Positions 15,871-23,934 of a stretch of DNA of 32,000 bases are shown here, piece by piece. How positions within the stretch are numbered: the stretch's first letter is position 1; each line of letters begins with the position of its first letter. The notes beneath the pieces were generated by a model that did not search any database, was not told the origin of the DNA, and saw only the letters and a list, made by a program, of their open reading frames with translations. A program made the position numbers and the translations under genes. Source of the DNA: Mucisphaera calidilacus (lineage in GTDB: Bacteria; Planctomycetota; Phycisphaerae; Phycisphaerales; Phycisphaeraceae); NCBI RefSeq assembly GCF_007748075.1, contig NZ_CP036280.1, forward strand, positions 180,001-212,000, in the 5' to 3' direction.

Positions 15871-16811
15871 TGCGCAGGACGTGCTGGTTGTTATTGGCTC
15901 TGCTGCTGGTGTTGCCCGCCTGCCGGGGTGCGGGGCGTGCGTCGTCGCAGAGCGTCGAGACGGAGTACCACGGTCAGCTGGTGAAGCTCGCGCACGAGGC
16001 GATGGAGCGAGGCGACGCGGACCGGGCTGCGGACCTCTACCTGCGTCGGCTCGAAGAGGCGCGTCGCGTGGACGATCCGGAGGCGTTGGTCACCGTCGCG
16101 GCGTGGGCGGCCCGGGCGATGATGGCGGCGGGGCGCGCGCGCGAGGTCGCGCCGATCCTGAGTGAGGCGGAGCTGGCGGCCGATCGGCTGGGTGTGGTTC
16201 GTGCGGACCTGTCGCTGCTGCGTGGGGCGTCGGAGCTCCGCGAGGGCGAGGCGGATCTGGCGATTGTGTGTGTGGAGCCGATCCTGCGTGGCGATATCGC
16301 GGCGAGTCGGGATCAGCAGCTGGACGCGTTGCTGATCGCGGGGCACGCCGAGATGGATCGTGGCGAGTCGGGCAACGCGCAACTGGCCTGGATCGATGCG
16401 CGGGGGCTCGCTCAGGAGTTGGACGAGGCGTCGGCGTGGGCGCGGACGCTGCGGCTGGAGGCGCGACTGGCACGAGTATCGCGTGACGTGGCGCGGGCGG
16501 CGGCGACCTCGGATCAGGAGGCCGGCTACTGGCGTTCGGCGCATCGCTACCTGGCGATGGCGCACGCGTTGCACCGAGCGGCGCAGGCCTATGCCGAGGC
16601 CGGCGATCTGGAGCTTGCGTCGGATCGGGCGTTGCGGGCGGGCCTGAGTTTCAAGGCGCAGGAGCGTTTCGGGGAGGCGCACGAGGCGTTGCACCTGGCG
16701 CTGGCCGCGTCGGGCGAGGGGGGCGACGCCACCCGCCGGGAACTGGCCGAGCGTGCGTTGGAGGATGCGCGGCTGCGGGCGCTGGATGATCAGTCGGGCA
16801 GCGCGGAGTAG
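15870..16811 (+). CDS. Putative lipoprotein, Ala/Arg/Leu-rich helical-repeat (TPR-like), last gene of the operon
   Basis: The signal plus lipobox-like sequence is MRRTCWLLLALLLVLPAC. The remainder is helical repeat-like. The start overlaps the mlaD stop (TGATG). Confidence 0.65.
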   Translation: MRRTCWLLLALLLVLPACRGAGRASSQSVETEYHGQLVKLAHEAMERGDADRAADLYLRRLEEARRVDDPEALVTVAAWAARAMMAAGRAREVAPILSEAELAADRLGVVRADLSLLRGASELREGEADLAIVCVEPILRGDIAASRDQQLDALLIAGHAEMDRGESGNAQLAWIDARGLAQELDEASAWARTLRLEARLARVSRDVARAAATSDQEAGYWRSAHRYLAMAHALHRAAQAYAEAGDLELASDRALRAGLSFKAQERFGEAHEALHLALAASGEGGDATRRELAERALEDARLRALDDQSGSAE

Positions 16812-17749
16812 GTTGGTTCACGGCCCTCGAGCACGGCCCATACGTCATGCACCACCCACGACATGTTGTCCATGGCGGTGTCGGTGCGCGAGGCTAGGTG
16901 GGGCAGGATACGCACGTTGGGCAGGGTGCGGAGCGGTTCGTCGGGCGCGGGCGGTTCGGGGTCGAGGACGTCGAGGATGACACGGGCGTGGGGGTGTGCC
17001 TTGGCCCAGTCGGCGAGGGCCTGCTGGTCGATGAGCATGCCGCGAGCGGCGTTGATGAGCAGGGCGTCGTCGCAGAGGTGGCCGAGGGTCTGCTCGTCGA
17101 GCAGGTGGCGGTTCTCGGGTCGTCCGTCGACGTGCATGGTGATGACGTCGGCGTCGGCGAGGAGTTGCTCGAGGGGGACGAAGGCAAAGGGGTAGTCGAC
17201 GTCGCGGCGGAGGTCGGCCTCGGGGAGCAGGTCGCAGACGCGGAGGTTCATGCCCAGGGCGTGGGCGGCCTTGCCCAGTCGTTTGCCGATGCGGCCGAGC
17301 CCGAGGATGCCGAGTGTCATCTGGTCGAGCTGTCGGCCGACGTGCTGCTTGCGCATGGTGTGGTACATGCCGTCGTCGGCGATGGCGGGCAGGTCGGCGC
17401 GGGGCCGGACGGCGTCGAGCATGAGGCCGAGGACGTACTCGACGACGGCCTGGCTGTTGGCGTCGGGGGTGTAGACGACCTCGATGCCGCGTCGCTTGCA
17501 GGCGTCAAGGTCGATGTTGTCGAGTCCGACGCCCGCGCGGCCGACGACGCGCAGGCGCGGCGCCGCGTCGAGCAGGTCATCGTTGACGATCGTGTAGGTG
17601 CGCACGATGAGCGCTTCGGCGCGGGCGAGTTCGTCGCGGAATCCGGGCTGATCGTGGGCGTGGCGGACGACGCCGCAGCGCTCGGCGAGCCAGTCGGCGG
17701 GATCCTGACTCAGGTGCTCGCTGATGAGCGCAGTGGGGGTGGGCATCAC
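16790..17749 (-). CDS. D-isomer-specific 2-hydroxyacid dehydrogenase (phosphoglycerate dehydrogenase-like), NAD-binding
   Basis: 319 aa with the Rossmann motif LGILGLGRIGKRLG and the catalytic-region motifs INAARG and HLASRT. Confidence 0.9.
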   Translation of the reverse strand: MMPTPTALISEHLSQDPADWLAERCGVVRHAHDQPGFRDELARAEALIVRTYTIVNDDLLDAAPRLRVVGRAGVGLDNIDLDACKRRGIEVVYTPDANSQAVVEYVLGLMLDAVRPRADLPAIADDGMYHTMRKQHVGRQLDQMTLGILGLGRIGKRLGKAAHALGMNLRVCDLLPEADLRRDVDYPFAFVPLEQLLADADVITMHVDGRPENRHLLDEQTLGHLCDDALLINAARGMLIDQQALADWAKAHPHARVILDVLDPEPPAPDEPLRTLPNVRILPHLASRTDTAMDNMSWVVHDVWAVLEGREPTYSALPD

Positions 17750-17797
17750 GCACCTCCGGCGGCGATGGGTTGAGACTGAATCTCAGTCGTGCCCGTG

Positions 17798-18055
17798 TCA
17801 GGCGTAGTACTGGGCGTTCTTCTCGACGAAGGCGGCCCATTCTTCGGGCAGGTCTTCTTCGGGGAAGATCGCCTTGACGGGGCACTCGTCGACGCAGAGG
17901 CCGCAGTCGATGCAGGTGTCGGGGTCGATGAACAGCTGCTGCGCGCCCTCGAAGTCGTCCTCGTCGGGTGTGGGGTGGATGCAGTCGACGGGGCAGACGG
18001 CAATGCACGCGGTGTCCTTGGTGGAGACACAGGGTTCAGCGATGATATGTGGCAT
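17798..18055 (-). CDS. fdxA: 7Fe-type ferredoxin (3Fe-4S plus 4Fe-4S)
   Basis: 85 aa. CVSTKDTACIAVCPVDC (C-x7-C-x3-CP) plus CIDCGLCVDECP. It is colinear with Azotobacter/Thermus-type FdxA. Confidence 0.9.
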   Translation of the reverse strand: MPHIIAEPCVSTKDTACIAVCPVDCIHPTPDEDDFEGAQQLFIDPDTCIDCGLCVDECPVKAIFPEEDLPEEWAAFVEKNAQYYA

Positions 18056-18193
18056 GATTTGACTCCCATAACCCGGCGGACCGGGGGTGTTTACGTACTA
18101 CCCCAGAGTATAGAGAGAGCAGCCGGTTCGGGGCAATGCCGCAGCGGATGAAGCTGATCGATACGCCGGGCGCAGACGGGTGCCCGCGGTGGC

Positions 18194-19165
18194 GTGCTGG
18201 CGCATCCGGGCGTCCGGGGCTATGCTCAGGGCATGACTCAAATGCGTTCGAGCGGTGTGATGCCGCGTAATCACCTGGCTCATGCGGACTGTCTGGAGGC
18301 GATGGCGTCGTGGCCCGAGGATGTGATCGACCTGATCTTCGCGGACCCGCCTTACAACATCGGGTTTGATTACGACGGGCACTATCACGACAAGCTGACG
18401 GACGATGAATACGTGGACTGGACCTGTCGCTGGATCGATGCCTGCGCACGGCTCCTGAAGCCGACGGGCAGCTTCTACGTGCTGATCGGCGACGAGTATG
18501 CGGCGGAGTGCCGCGTGCACCTCAAGAAGCTCCAGCGCGAGGGGCAGCTGCTGTTTCGCAACTGGATTGTCTGGCATTACACGTTCGGACAACGCTGCAA
18601 GGTAAAGTTCAACCGCAGCCACGCGCACCTGTTCTACTGCGTCGGCTCGGCGTCGGTCGGGCGTCAGGGCAAGCCGCGGGCGGACCTGGCCAGGCGTCGG
18701 TCGTTCACGTTCAATCACGAGGCGATCGCGGTGCCCTCGGCGCGTCAGACGACCTACAAGGACAAGCGGGCCAATCCGGCGGGCAAGCTGCCCGACGACA
18801 CGTGGTACCTCAAGAACTACCCCGACACCGCGAACTGGTACGTGCGTCCGCAGGAGGCGTCGGAGGATGCGGGGGGCGGCTACTTCGAGCCGGACCTCGA
18901 CACGTGGTATCAGTCGCGGCTCTGCGGGACGTTCAAGGAGCGTCGGGGCTGGCACCCGTGCCAGCTGCCCGAGGCGCTGCTGGAGCGGATCGTGAAGGTG
19001 TCGTCGAATCCGGGGGACCTGGTCTTCGACCCGTTCGTGGGATCGGGGACGACGCTGGCGGTGGCCCGGCGTCTGGGGCGGGATTATCTCGGCTGCGAGC
19101 AGAGCGAGGCGTACGCGGAGCAGGCGCTGGAGCGGATCGAGGGTGAGGCCGTCACGACGGCGTGA
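18194..19165 (+). CDS. Beta-class DNA methyltransferase (N6_N4_Mtase family, DPPY type), no cognate endonuclease nearby
   Basis: Motif IV IFADPPYNIGFDY precedes motif I VFDPFVGSGTTLAVARRLGRDYLGCE, which is the beta-class order. The start is ambiguous: GTG at 18194 or ATG at 18233. Confidence 0.88.
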   Translation: MLAHPGVRGYAQGMTQMRSSGVMPRNHLAHADCLEAMASWPEDVIDLIFADPPYNIGFDYDGHYHDKLTDDEYVDWTCRWIDACARLLKPTGSFYVLIGDEYAAECRVHLKKLQREGQLLFRNWIVWHYTFGQRCKVKFNRSHAHLFYCVGSASVGRQGKPRADLARRRSFTFNHEAIAVPSARQTTYKDKRANPAGKLPDDTWYLKNYPDTANWYVRPQEASEDAGGGYFEPDLDTWYQSRLCGTFKERRGWHPCQLPEALLERIVKVSSNPGDLVFDPFVGSGTTLAVARRLGRDYLGCEQSEAYAEQALERIEGEAVTTA

Positions 19166-19287
19166 ACCGTGTTTTGGGTGAACGGAGCGCATCCGACATC
19201 TTTTCCACAGGCGTCTATCTCTTGGAAGACGGATCGTGTGCGTCTATGGTGCGTGGTGACGCATGACGACTGAAAGGCACGCCAGGG

Positions 19288-22200
19288 ATGGCAGACGGTC
19301 CTGATTTCAACGATCCCAACGGGTTTGTCCACCTTCACCTGCACAGCCAGTACTCGCTGCTGGACGGCGGCAACCGTCTCGACCGGCTCGTGAAGCGGGT
19401 CCGGGAACTGGGGATGCCGGCGGTGGCGGTGACCGACCACGGCAACCTGTTTGGCGCGATCGATTTCTACACACGCGCCAAGAACGAGGGGATCAAGCCG
19501 ATCCTGGGGATCGAGGCGTACGTGGCGCCGGACGTGGACGGGCCGAGCGACCGGACGTCGCGCGCCTTTACGGGTGTGTCGGACGGCGGGTTCCACCTCG
19601 TGCTGCTAGCCGAGGACATGACCGGCTGGCGGAACCTGCTCAAGCTGTCGTCGGACGCGTTCATCAACGGCTTTTACTTCAAGCCGAGGATGGACAAGGG
19701 GACGGTGGAGGCGCACGCGTCGGGCCTGATCGCGATCAACGGGCACCTGGGCTCGTCGATCGCGCACTGGCTGGTGAAGCACGTGCAGTCGGGCGAGAAG
19801 ACGTACTTCAACCGGGCGATGGAGGAGGCGGCGTGGCACAAGGAGGTATTCGGGGTCAACGAGGCGGGCGAGCCGCGTTTCTACCTCGAGCTTCAGCGTC
19901 ACGAGGAGAAGCTCCAGGACGAGATCAACCCGCACGTGATCAAGATCGCGCGCAAGCTGGATATCCCGCTGGTCTGCGACAACGATGCGCACTTCCTGCT
20001 GGAATCGGATTACGACGCGCACGACACGCTCTGCTGCATCTCGATGGGCAAGATCAAGACGGACGAGAGCCGCCTGCACTACCCGCGCGGGCTGTATGTC
20101 AAGTCGCCGGCGCAGATGCGCGGGCTGTTCGAGGACGTGCCCGAGGCGCTGGACAACACGCTCAAGATCGCGGAGCGGTGCAACGTCGCGTTGGACTTCG
20201 ACGCGAACCACGCCCCGGTGGTGCGGATCGACTTCAAGAAGGACAAGGCCCTCAAGGGCAAGTCGGCGCCACCCGTGGGCTCGAGCGACTGGTTCAAGCG
20301 GTTCTGTGCGCAGTACGAGTTGCTGCCTTTCGATGCGACACGTGACGCGGCGCTGAGCGCGGAGGACCTCAAGACCGAGTGCGACAAGGCGCTGCGCGAC
20401 CTGTGCGAGGCGGGCCTGCTCTGGCGATACGGCGAGGGCGGGATCACCGACGAGATCCGGGCGCGGCTCGAGCGTGAGCTGAAGATCCTGTCGGACAAAC
20501 TCATCTCGGCCTACTTCCTGATCGTGTGGGATTTTGTGAACTACGCGCGGGCCAACGGCATCCCGTCGAACGCCCGTGGCTCGGGCGTCGGGACGATGGT
20601 CGGTTACGTGCTCGGCCTGTCGAACGCGTGCCCGGTGCAGTACGGGCTGCTGTTCGAGCGGTTCACCGATCCGGACCGGTCGGAGTACCCCGATATCGAT
20701 ATCGACATGTGCCAGGACGGGCGTCAGGCGGTGATCGATTACGTCCGGCAGAAGTACGGGCACGTGGCGCAGATCATCACGTTCGGGACGCTCAAGGCGC
20801 GGGCGGCGATCCGGGACGTGGGGCGTGTGCTCAACATGCCGTTGTCCGAGGTCGACAAGGTCTGCAAGCTGGTGGGCGACGGGCTCGGGACGACACTCGA
20901 CAAGGCGCTGGACCAGGAGCCGGACCTGCGCAAGCTGTACGACGACTCGCCCGAGCACCAGAAGATGTACGACACGGCGCGTCGGCTGGAGGGGATGGCC
21001 CGTCACGCCGGCGTGCACGCGGCGGGCGTGGTGCTGGCGACCCGGCCGCTGGACGACATCGTGCCGCTGTATCAGCCGGCGGGCACCGAGCAAGTCGTGA
21101 CGCAGTGGGACGGGCCGACGTGCGAGCGTGTCGGTCTGCTCAAGATGGACTTTCTGGGGCTGCGGACGCTCTCGATTCTGGAGCGTGCCAAGCTGCTGGT
21201 TCGTTCGTGCTTCAGCGAGGAGCGGATCCGTCAGGCGGCGGCGCGGCCCGACCGGCCCGAGCAGCTGGAAGACCCGGCGTGGGACCCGCTGGACCTCGAG
21301 CGACTGAGTTACGACGACCCGCGGGTGCTGAGCCTCTTTGCGCGGGGCGAGACGGCGGCGGTGTTCCAGTTCGAGTCGGGGGGCATGCGCAACCTGCTGA
21401 TGGCGATGAAGCCGGACCGGCTGGAGGACCTGATCGCGGCGAACGCGTTGTACCGGCCCGGCCCGATGGAGCTGATCCCGAACTACAACAACCGCAAGCA
21501 CGGCCGGGAGGAGGTCCCCGAGCAGCACGAGATCGTGCGGAAGTTCACGGCGGAGACGCACGGGATCATGGTGTACCAGGAGCAGGTGATGCAGATCGTC
21601 CACGAGCTGGGCGGCATCCCGTTGCGACAGGCGTACACGCTCATCAAGGCGATCTCGAAGAAAAAAGAGAAGGTGATCAACGCCAACCGCGCTTCGTTCC
21701 TCGACGGCGCGGAGGAGAAGGGCCTGGCGCGGGCGAAGGCGGAAGAGCTTTTCGACCTGATCCTCAAGTTCGCGGGCTACGGCTTCAACAAGTCGCACTC
21801 GACGGGCTACGCGATCGTCGCCTACCAGACGGCGTACCTCAAGACCTTCTTCCCGATCCAGTACATGGCGGCCGTGCTGACCTACGAGTCGGTGAGCACG
21901 GACAAGGTCGTCGAGTACATCGACACCTGCCGGCGTCTGTCGCTGCCCGACGGGACGCGAGGCGTCGAGGTCAAGCAGCCGGACATCCAGCGCTCGGAGG
22001 TCGGCTTCACGGTTGTCTACGACGACGACGAACCGGGGCCCGACGAGCGTGGCGGGCATCACGGGCACATCCGCTTCGGGCTGTCGGCGGTCAAGGGCGT
22101 GGGCGAGAAGGCGATCAACGCGATCATCGAGGCGCGCGAGAAGGAGGGGCCGTTCCGCGGCCTACACGACTTCTGCGAGCGTGTGCCGCTGGACGCGGTG

Positions 22201-23232
22201 AACAAGACGTGCATCGAGGCGCTGATCAAGTGCGGCGCGTTCGACGAGCTGCACGGCCAGGATCGCCGCGCGGCGATGCTCGAGGCGCTGCCCGACGCGG
22301 TGCAGGCGGGCAAGCGAGCCGCCGCGGACCGGGCGTCGGGCCAGATGAACTTCTTCGGGGGTGTCACAGAAGCGGAGCAGGAGAACGCGCCCCCGACGCA
22401 GCTGCCTCGGGTCGAGGCGTGGAGCCGACGCGAGACGCTCGCCTTCGAGAAGGAGGTGCTGGGGTTCTTCGTGTCGAGTCACCCGCTCGACGAGCACCGC
22501 GGAGCGATCGCTCGGTTCGGGACGGCGTCGGTGCGTGACATCGCAGACGTCGCGGAGGGCGTGGACATCGTGATGGGCGGGATGATCACGCGTGTCCGGC
22601 AGACGGTGACGCGGGCGAAGCAGGAGAAGATGGCGATGCTGACGATCGAGGACCACACCGGCCCGATCGACGCGGTCTGTTTCCCGCGGACCTACGACGT
22701 GGTCGCGCCGCTGCTCGAGCCGGACGAGGTGGTCTACATCGTGGGCAAGGTGGATCGTCGACGCGAGGAGCCGAACATCGTCGTGGACAAGGTGATCCCG
22801 GCGGATCAGGCTCAGGCGCAGCTCACGCGCGCGGTTCGCATCGAGCTGGAGCCGGACACGACGGTGGGCAACGGCCACGCCGGTGCCTACAAGACGATGC
22901 TCTCGGAGCTGCGCGAGGTGCTGCGGCAGGCGTCACGCCGTGCCAACGGCGCGACGGCGGAAGTCCAGCTGCGGATCCGCGAGCGCGCCTCCGACGTCTC
23001 GTTCCGGCTGCAGGGGCTGCGCGTCGCGATCGATGATCACCTGACCGACGCGATCGGCAGCGTGATCGGGCGTTGCCCGTGCACGGAGGGTCGATGCGTA
23101 CTGGTGGGTGCGGGGCGGCTGCGGCCGATGGAGGATCAGCGCTACGACGCGTCGCAGGACGAGGGCGAGAAACTGGCGATGAGCTCGTCGGTTCAGGGCG
23201 AAGAGCACTGCGCCTCGATCGATCGTTACTGA
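19288..23232 (+). CDS. dnaE: DNA polymerase III alpha subunit
   Basis: 1314 aa. It has the PHP domain FVHLHLHSQYSLLDG, a palm/fingers region (GYGFNKSHSTGYA) and an OB-fold near the C-terminus. Confidence 0.97.
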   Translation: MADGPDFNDPNGFVHLHLHSQYSLLDGGNRLDRLVKRVRELGMPAVAVTDHGNLFGAIDFYTRAKNEGIKPILGIEAYVAPDVDGPSDRTSRAFTGVSDGGFHLVLLAEDMTGWRNLLKLSSDAFINGFYFKPRMDKGTVEAHASGLIAINGHLGSSIAHWLVKHVQSGEKTYFNRAMEEAAWHKEVFGVNEAGEPRFYLELQRHEEKLQDEINPHVIKIARKLDIPLVCDNDAHFLLESDYDAHDTLCCISMGKIKTDESRLHYPRGLYVKSPAQMRGLFEDVPEALDNTLKIAERCNVALDFDANHAPVVRIDFKKDKALKGKSAPPVGSSDWFKRFCAQYELLPFDATRDAALSAEDLKTECDKALRDLCEAGLLWRYGEGGITDEIRARLERELKILSDKLISAYFLIVWDFVNYARANGIPSNARGSGVGTMVGYVLGLSNACPVQYGLLFERFTDPDRSEYPDIDIDMCQDGRQAVIDYVRQKYGHVAQIITFGTLKARAAIRDVGRVLNMPLSEVDKVCKLVGDGLGTTLDKALDQEPDLRKLYDDSPEHQKMYDTARRLEGMARHAGVHAAGVVLATRPLDDIVPLYQPAGTEQVVTQWDGPTCERVGLLKMDFLGLRTLSILERAKLLVRSCFSEERIRQAAARPDRPEQLEDPAWDPLDLERLSYDDPRVLSLFARGETAAVFQFESGGMRNLLMAMKPDRLEDLIAANALYRPGPMELIPNYNNRKHGREEVPEQHEIVRKFTAETHGIMVYQEQVMQIVHELGGIPLRQAYTLIKAISKKKEKVINANRASFLDGAEEKGLARAKAEELFDLILKFAGYGFNKSHSTGYAIVAYQTAYLKTFFPIQYMAAVLTYESVSTDKVVEYIDTCRRLSLPDGTRGVEVKQPDIQRSEVGFTVVYDDDEPGPDERGGHHGHIRFGLSAVKGVGEKAINAIIEAREKEGPFRGLHDFCERVPLDAVNKTCIEALIKCGAFDELHGQDRRAAMLEALPDAVQAGKRAAADRASGQMNFFGGVTEAEQENAPPTQLPRVEAWSRRETLAFEKEVLGFFVSSHPLDEHRGAIARFGTASVRDIADVAEGVDIVMGGMITRVRQTVTRAKQEKMAMLTIEDHTGPIDAVCFPRTYDVVAPLLEPDEVVYIVGKVDRRREEPNIVVDKVIPADQAQAQLTRAVRIELEPDTTVGNGHAGAYKTMLSELREVLRQASRRANGATAEVQLRIRERASDVSFRLQGLRVAIDDHLTDAIGSVIGRCPCTEGRCVLVGAGRLRPMEDQRYDASQDEGEKLAMSSSVQGEEHCASIDRY

Positions 23233-23458
23233 TGGAATTCTCGCACGGGGGGTGGCCCGCTCGTGCCGGGGTGTTATGCTGTCCGCGTGGCCACTGCCTG
23301 ATTCACAACTCGGTCAGACAACGCACGACGAGAAGCCTCGTTGCAGCAGTTGTGGTCCGCTCCGAGCCAGGCCTGACCGGGTTCCCCTCCGCGTGTTCGA
23401 TCGGTGATTCCCGATGTTGTGACGCTGTTGAGCGTCGATCGATCACAGGACTCGTTGT

Positions 23459-23845
23459 ATGTCATCACGAAGGAAGCCCCGTCAGCGTGACGGGTTTGTC
23501 TGTATTCATTGCCGGATGCCGATTGACGGCTGCGCTTCGGGCACGAAACACCGCAATCACTGCCCGCTGTGCCTCTGGTCGCGTCACGTCGACGAGCGCG
23601 TGGGCGATCGTCGGTCGGCGTGTCGTGCGCCGATGGAGCCCATCGGTATCGACGTGCGCAGCGACGGGGAGTGGGCACTGATCCATCGGTGCACGGGATG
23701 CGGGGTGATCCGCACCAACCGAATCGCGGGAGACGACCAGGAGCTTGCGCTGCTGCAACTGGCTCTGCGTCCGCTGGCGCGTCCGCCATTCCCGCTGGAC
23801 CACCTGCCGCTGCTGCGCGGTGCGGATCGTGCTTCGCGGTGGTGA
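23459..23845 (+). CDS. RNHCP domain-containing zinc-ribbon protein
   Basis: 128 aa with the literal motif KHRNHCPLCLWSRHVD preceded by CIHC and followed by CRAP…CTGCG. This matches the RNHCP domain family of unknown function, named from memory. Confidence 0.75.
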   Translation: MSSRRKPRQRDGFVCIHCRMPIDGCASGTKHRNHCPLCLWSRHVDERVGDRRSACRAPMEPIGIDVRSDGEWALIHRCTGCGVIRTNRIAGDDQELALLQLALRPLARPPFPLDHLPLLRGADRASRW

Positions 23846-23934
23846 CAGGCGTTCAACCGTACGGGTCGCAGGCGTGTCGCGCACAGAGATAATCTCACGC
23901 TGTATAGTGCCGGTCGCACCCGGAGTTCATACGT

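Noticed and set aside
18098-19192. A 364-aa ORF antisense to the methyltransferase, considered as a possible overlapping restriction partner.
   Set aside because: It completely overlaps the MTase on the opposite strand. It is Arg/Leu/Pro/Val-rich with no nuclease motif such as PD-(D/E)xK or HNH. It is a shadow ORF.
19606-22538. An 820-aa antisense ORF (19606-22068) and a 670-aa alternative-frame ORF (20526-22538) inside dnaE.
   Set aside because: Both lie wholly within the unambiguous dnaE reading frame. Both have Arg/Gly/Pro/Ala-dominated low-complexity translations and no motifs.
19288-23232. DnaE length (1314 aa), considered as possibly harbouring an intein or a novel fused domain.
   Set aside because: No intein block motifs or a roughly 400-aa insertion are present. 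The extra length is spread over short insertions plus a moderately longer C-terminal region, which is within the normal variation of DnaE.
23233-23458. Considered as a cobalamin riboswitch (GCCACTG at 23290-23296 and an AGCCAGG…CCTGACC B12-box-like string) or as SRP RNA (GGTCAGGCC on the minus strand).
   Set aside because: The other core elements are missing. There is no GGGAA/GGTGAAAATCC-type 5' core for cobalamin. There is no GGAAGGAAGCAGC or GNRA-capped helix 8 for SRP. The region is kept only as an unclassified structured leader.
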